Shown in pieces: positions 63,233 through 64,000 of a stretch of 64,000 nt of DNA (position 1 is its first letter; the number at the start of each line of letters is the position of its first letter). Location: assembly GCA_965248265.1 (NCBI GenBank), contig CBDFJF010000001.1:832001-896000 (forward strand), given 5' to 3'. Made by a program: the position numbers and the translations under genes. The notes beneath the pieces were generated by a model. It ran no database searches. It had not been told where the DNA came from and was given only the letters and a program-made list of their open reading frames with translations. The stretch is from Candidatus Latescibacterota bacterium (lineage in GTDB: Bacteria; Latescibacterota; UBA2968; UBA8231).

Positions 63233-64000
63233 ATGATCCACCTTCGCCGTGTTGCCTCGAATAAGGAATTCTACACAGGCGCCGTCATCGAAATCAGCGG
63301 TCCGCGCAACAACCGCTTCATCCTCTGGCCTGAGGAGAAATGGGCCTGGGAGGAGGTGGACGGATCGGGCGGCGGCTTCATGCACGAGAACAACATCCTC
63401 GATTTCCGGCAGGAGAATGTGGGCGGCGCCATCTCCTACCGGCTCGACGTGGGGCCACAAGGATGCCGAACGCTCGTGCGCGTCATTCCCGGCGAGGATA
63501 CGGTCGTCATCGAGCACGAGATCGACAACCGGGGGCAGGGGTGGGTAGAGGGCGGCTCTCCCTGCTTCCAGATCGGGTATGCGCGCGACTTCCAATCGTG
63601 GGGATTCGAGCAGGCAAAGCGCTCGTTCGTGTGGACGCAGGAGAACGGCTTCACCTGGATCAGCGACACGCGCAGGACCGGGAAGACGAAAAACCGGGGG
63701 CGCAAGACGTTCTGTCAGGATTATCACCTGACCGATCCGACGACGGACTCGATTTTCGGACGGTCACCGGACCTTGCCGTCAGCCCGATGATCGGGGCCG
63801 TCTCGCGGGATGGCGCGCTGCTCGTCGGCTGCGCTGGCGACGAGGCGTCGGACGACGTCTGCCACGCGTTGCTCAACTGCCTTCACGTATTTGTCCGGCG
63901 TCCTGTGGGCCCTGGGAAGAAGAGGACCTTCAGCTACACCCTCTACTTTCTCGAGAACGACATCGGCCAGCTGGTTCGCCGGGCGGGGGCGGATTATCCG
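63233..64000 (+). CDS. Hypothetical protein, runs off the window end
   Basis: AAAGGA RBS plus ATG; open frame MIHLRRVASNKEFY..NCLH..YFLENDIGQLVRR to the end of the window; absent from the ORF track because it has no stop. Confidence 0.7.
   Translation, partial: MIHLRRVASNKEFYTGAVIEISGPRNNRFILWPEEKWAWEEVDGSGGGFMHENNILDFRQENVGGAISYRLDVGPQGCRTLVRVIPGEDTVVIEHEIDNRGQGWVEGGSPCFQIGYARDFQSWGFEQAKRSFVWTQENGFTWISDTRRTGKTKNRGRKTFCQDYHLTDPTTDSIFGRSPDLAVSPMIGAVSRDGALLVGCAGDEASDDVCHALLNCLHVFVRRPVGPGKKRTFSYTLYFLENDIGQLVRRAGADYP

Overview
This is 64 kb of bacterial accessory DNA, mostly high-GC. I found no housekeeping genes, rRNA, tRNA or CRISPR array. About 35 intact genes are present, nearly all as singletons. 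They include SelA-like PLP enzyme, M6 protease, heterodimeric ABC exporter, PL2-like lyase, PhyH x2, TauD, delta-class carbonic anhydrase, phosphite dehydrogenase PtxD, GH29 fucosidase, FG-GAP and ankyrin repeat proteins, metallophosphoesterases and a beta-propeller sensor kinase. Almost every spacer between them is a short, truncated or frameshifted piece of some other gene, so the region reads as a collage of roughly 1-3 kb fragments of mixed base composition. Mobility features are an intact IS3 element (3-bp target duplication) inside an integron cassette, two complete and two half attC-like sites with no integrase, a miniaturised IS1595 and a resolvase remnant. Highlights are a promoter plus a structured ~135-nt leader (possible pseudoknot) before an ankyrin gene, and an in-frame high-GC/low-GC chimeric histidine kinase. 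FlgD-type C-terminal tails and DUF6785-like genes suggest an FCB-group host such as Latescibacterota (inference only). All calls come from reading motifs by eye; no searches were run.
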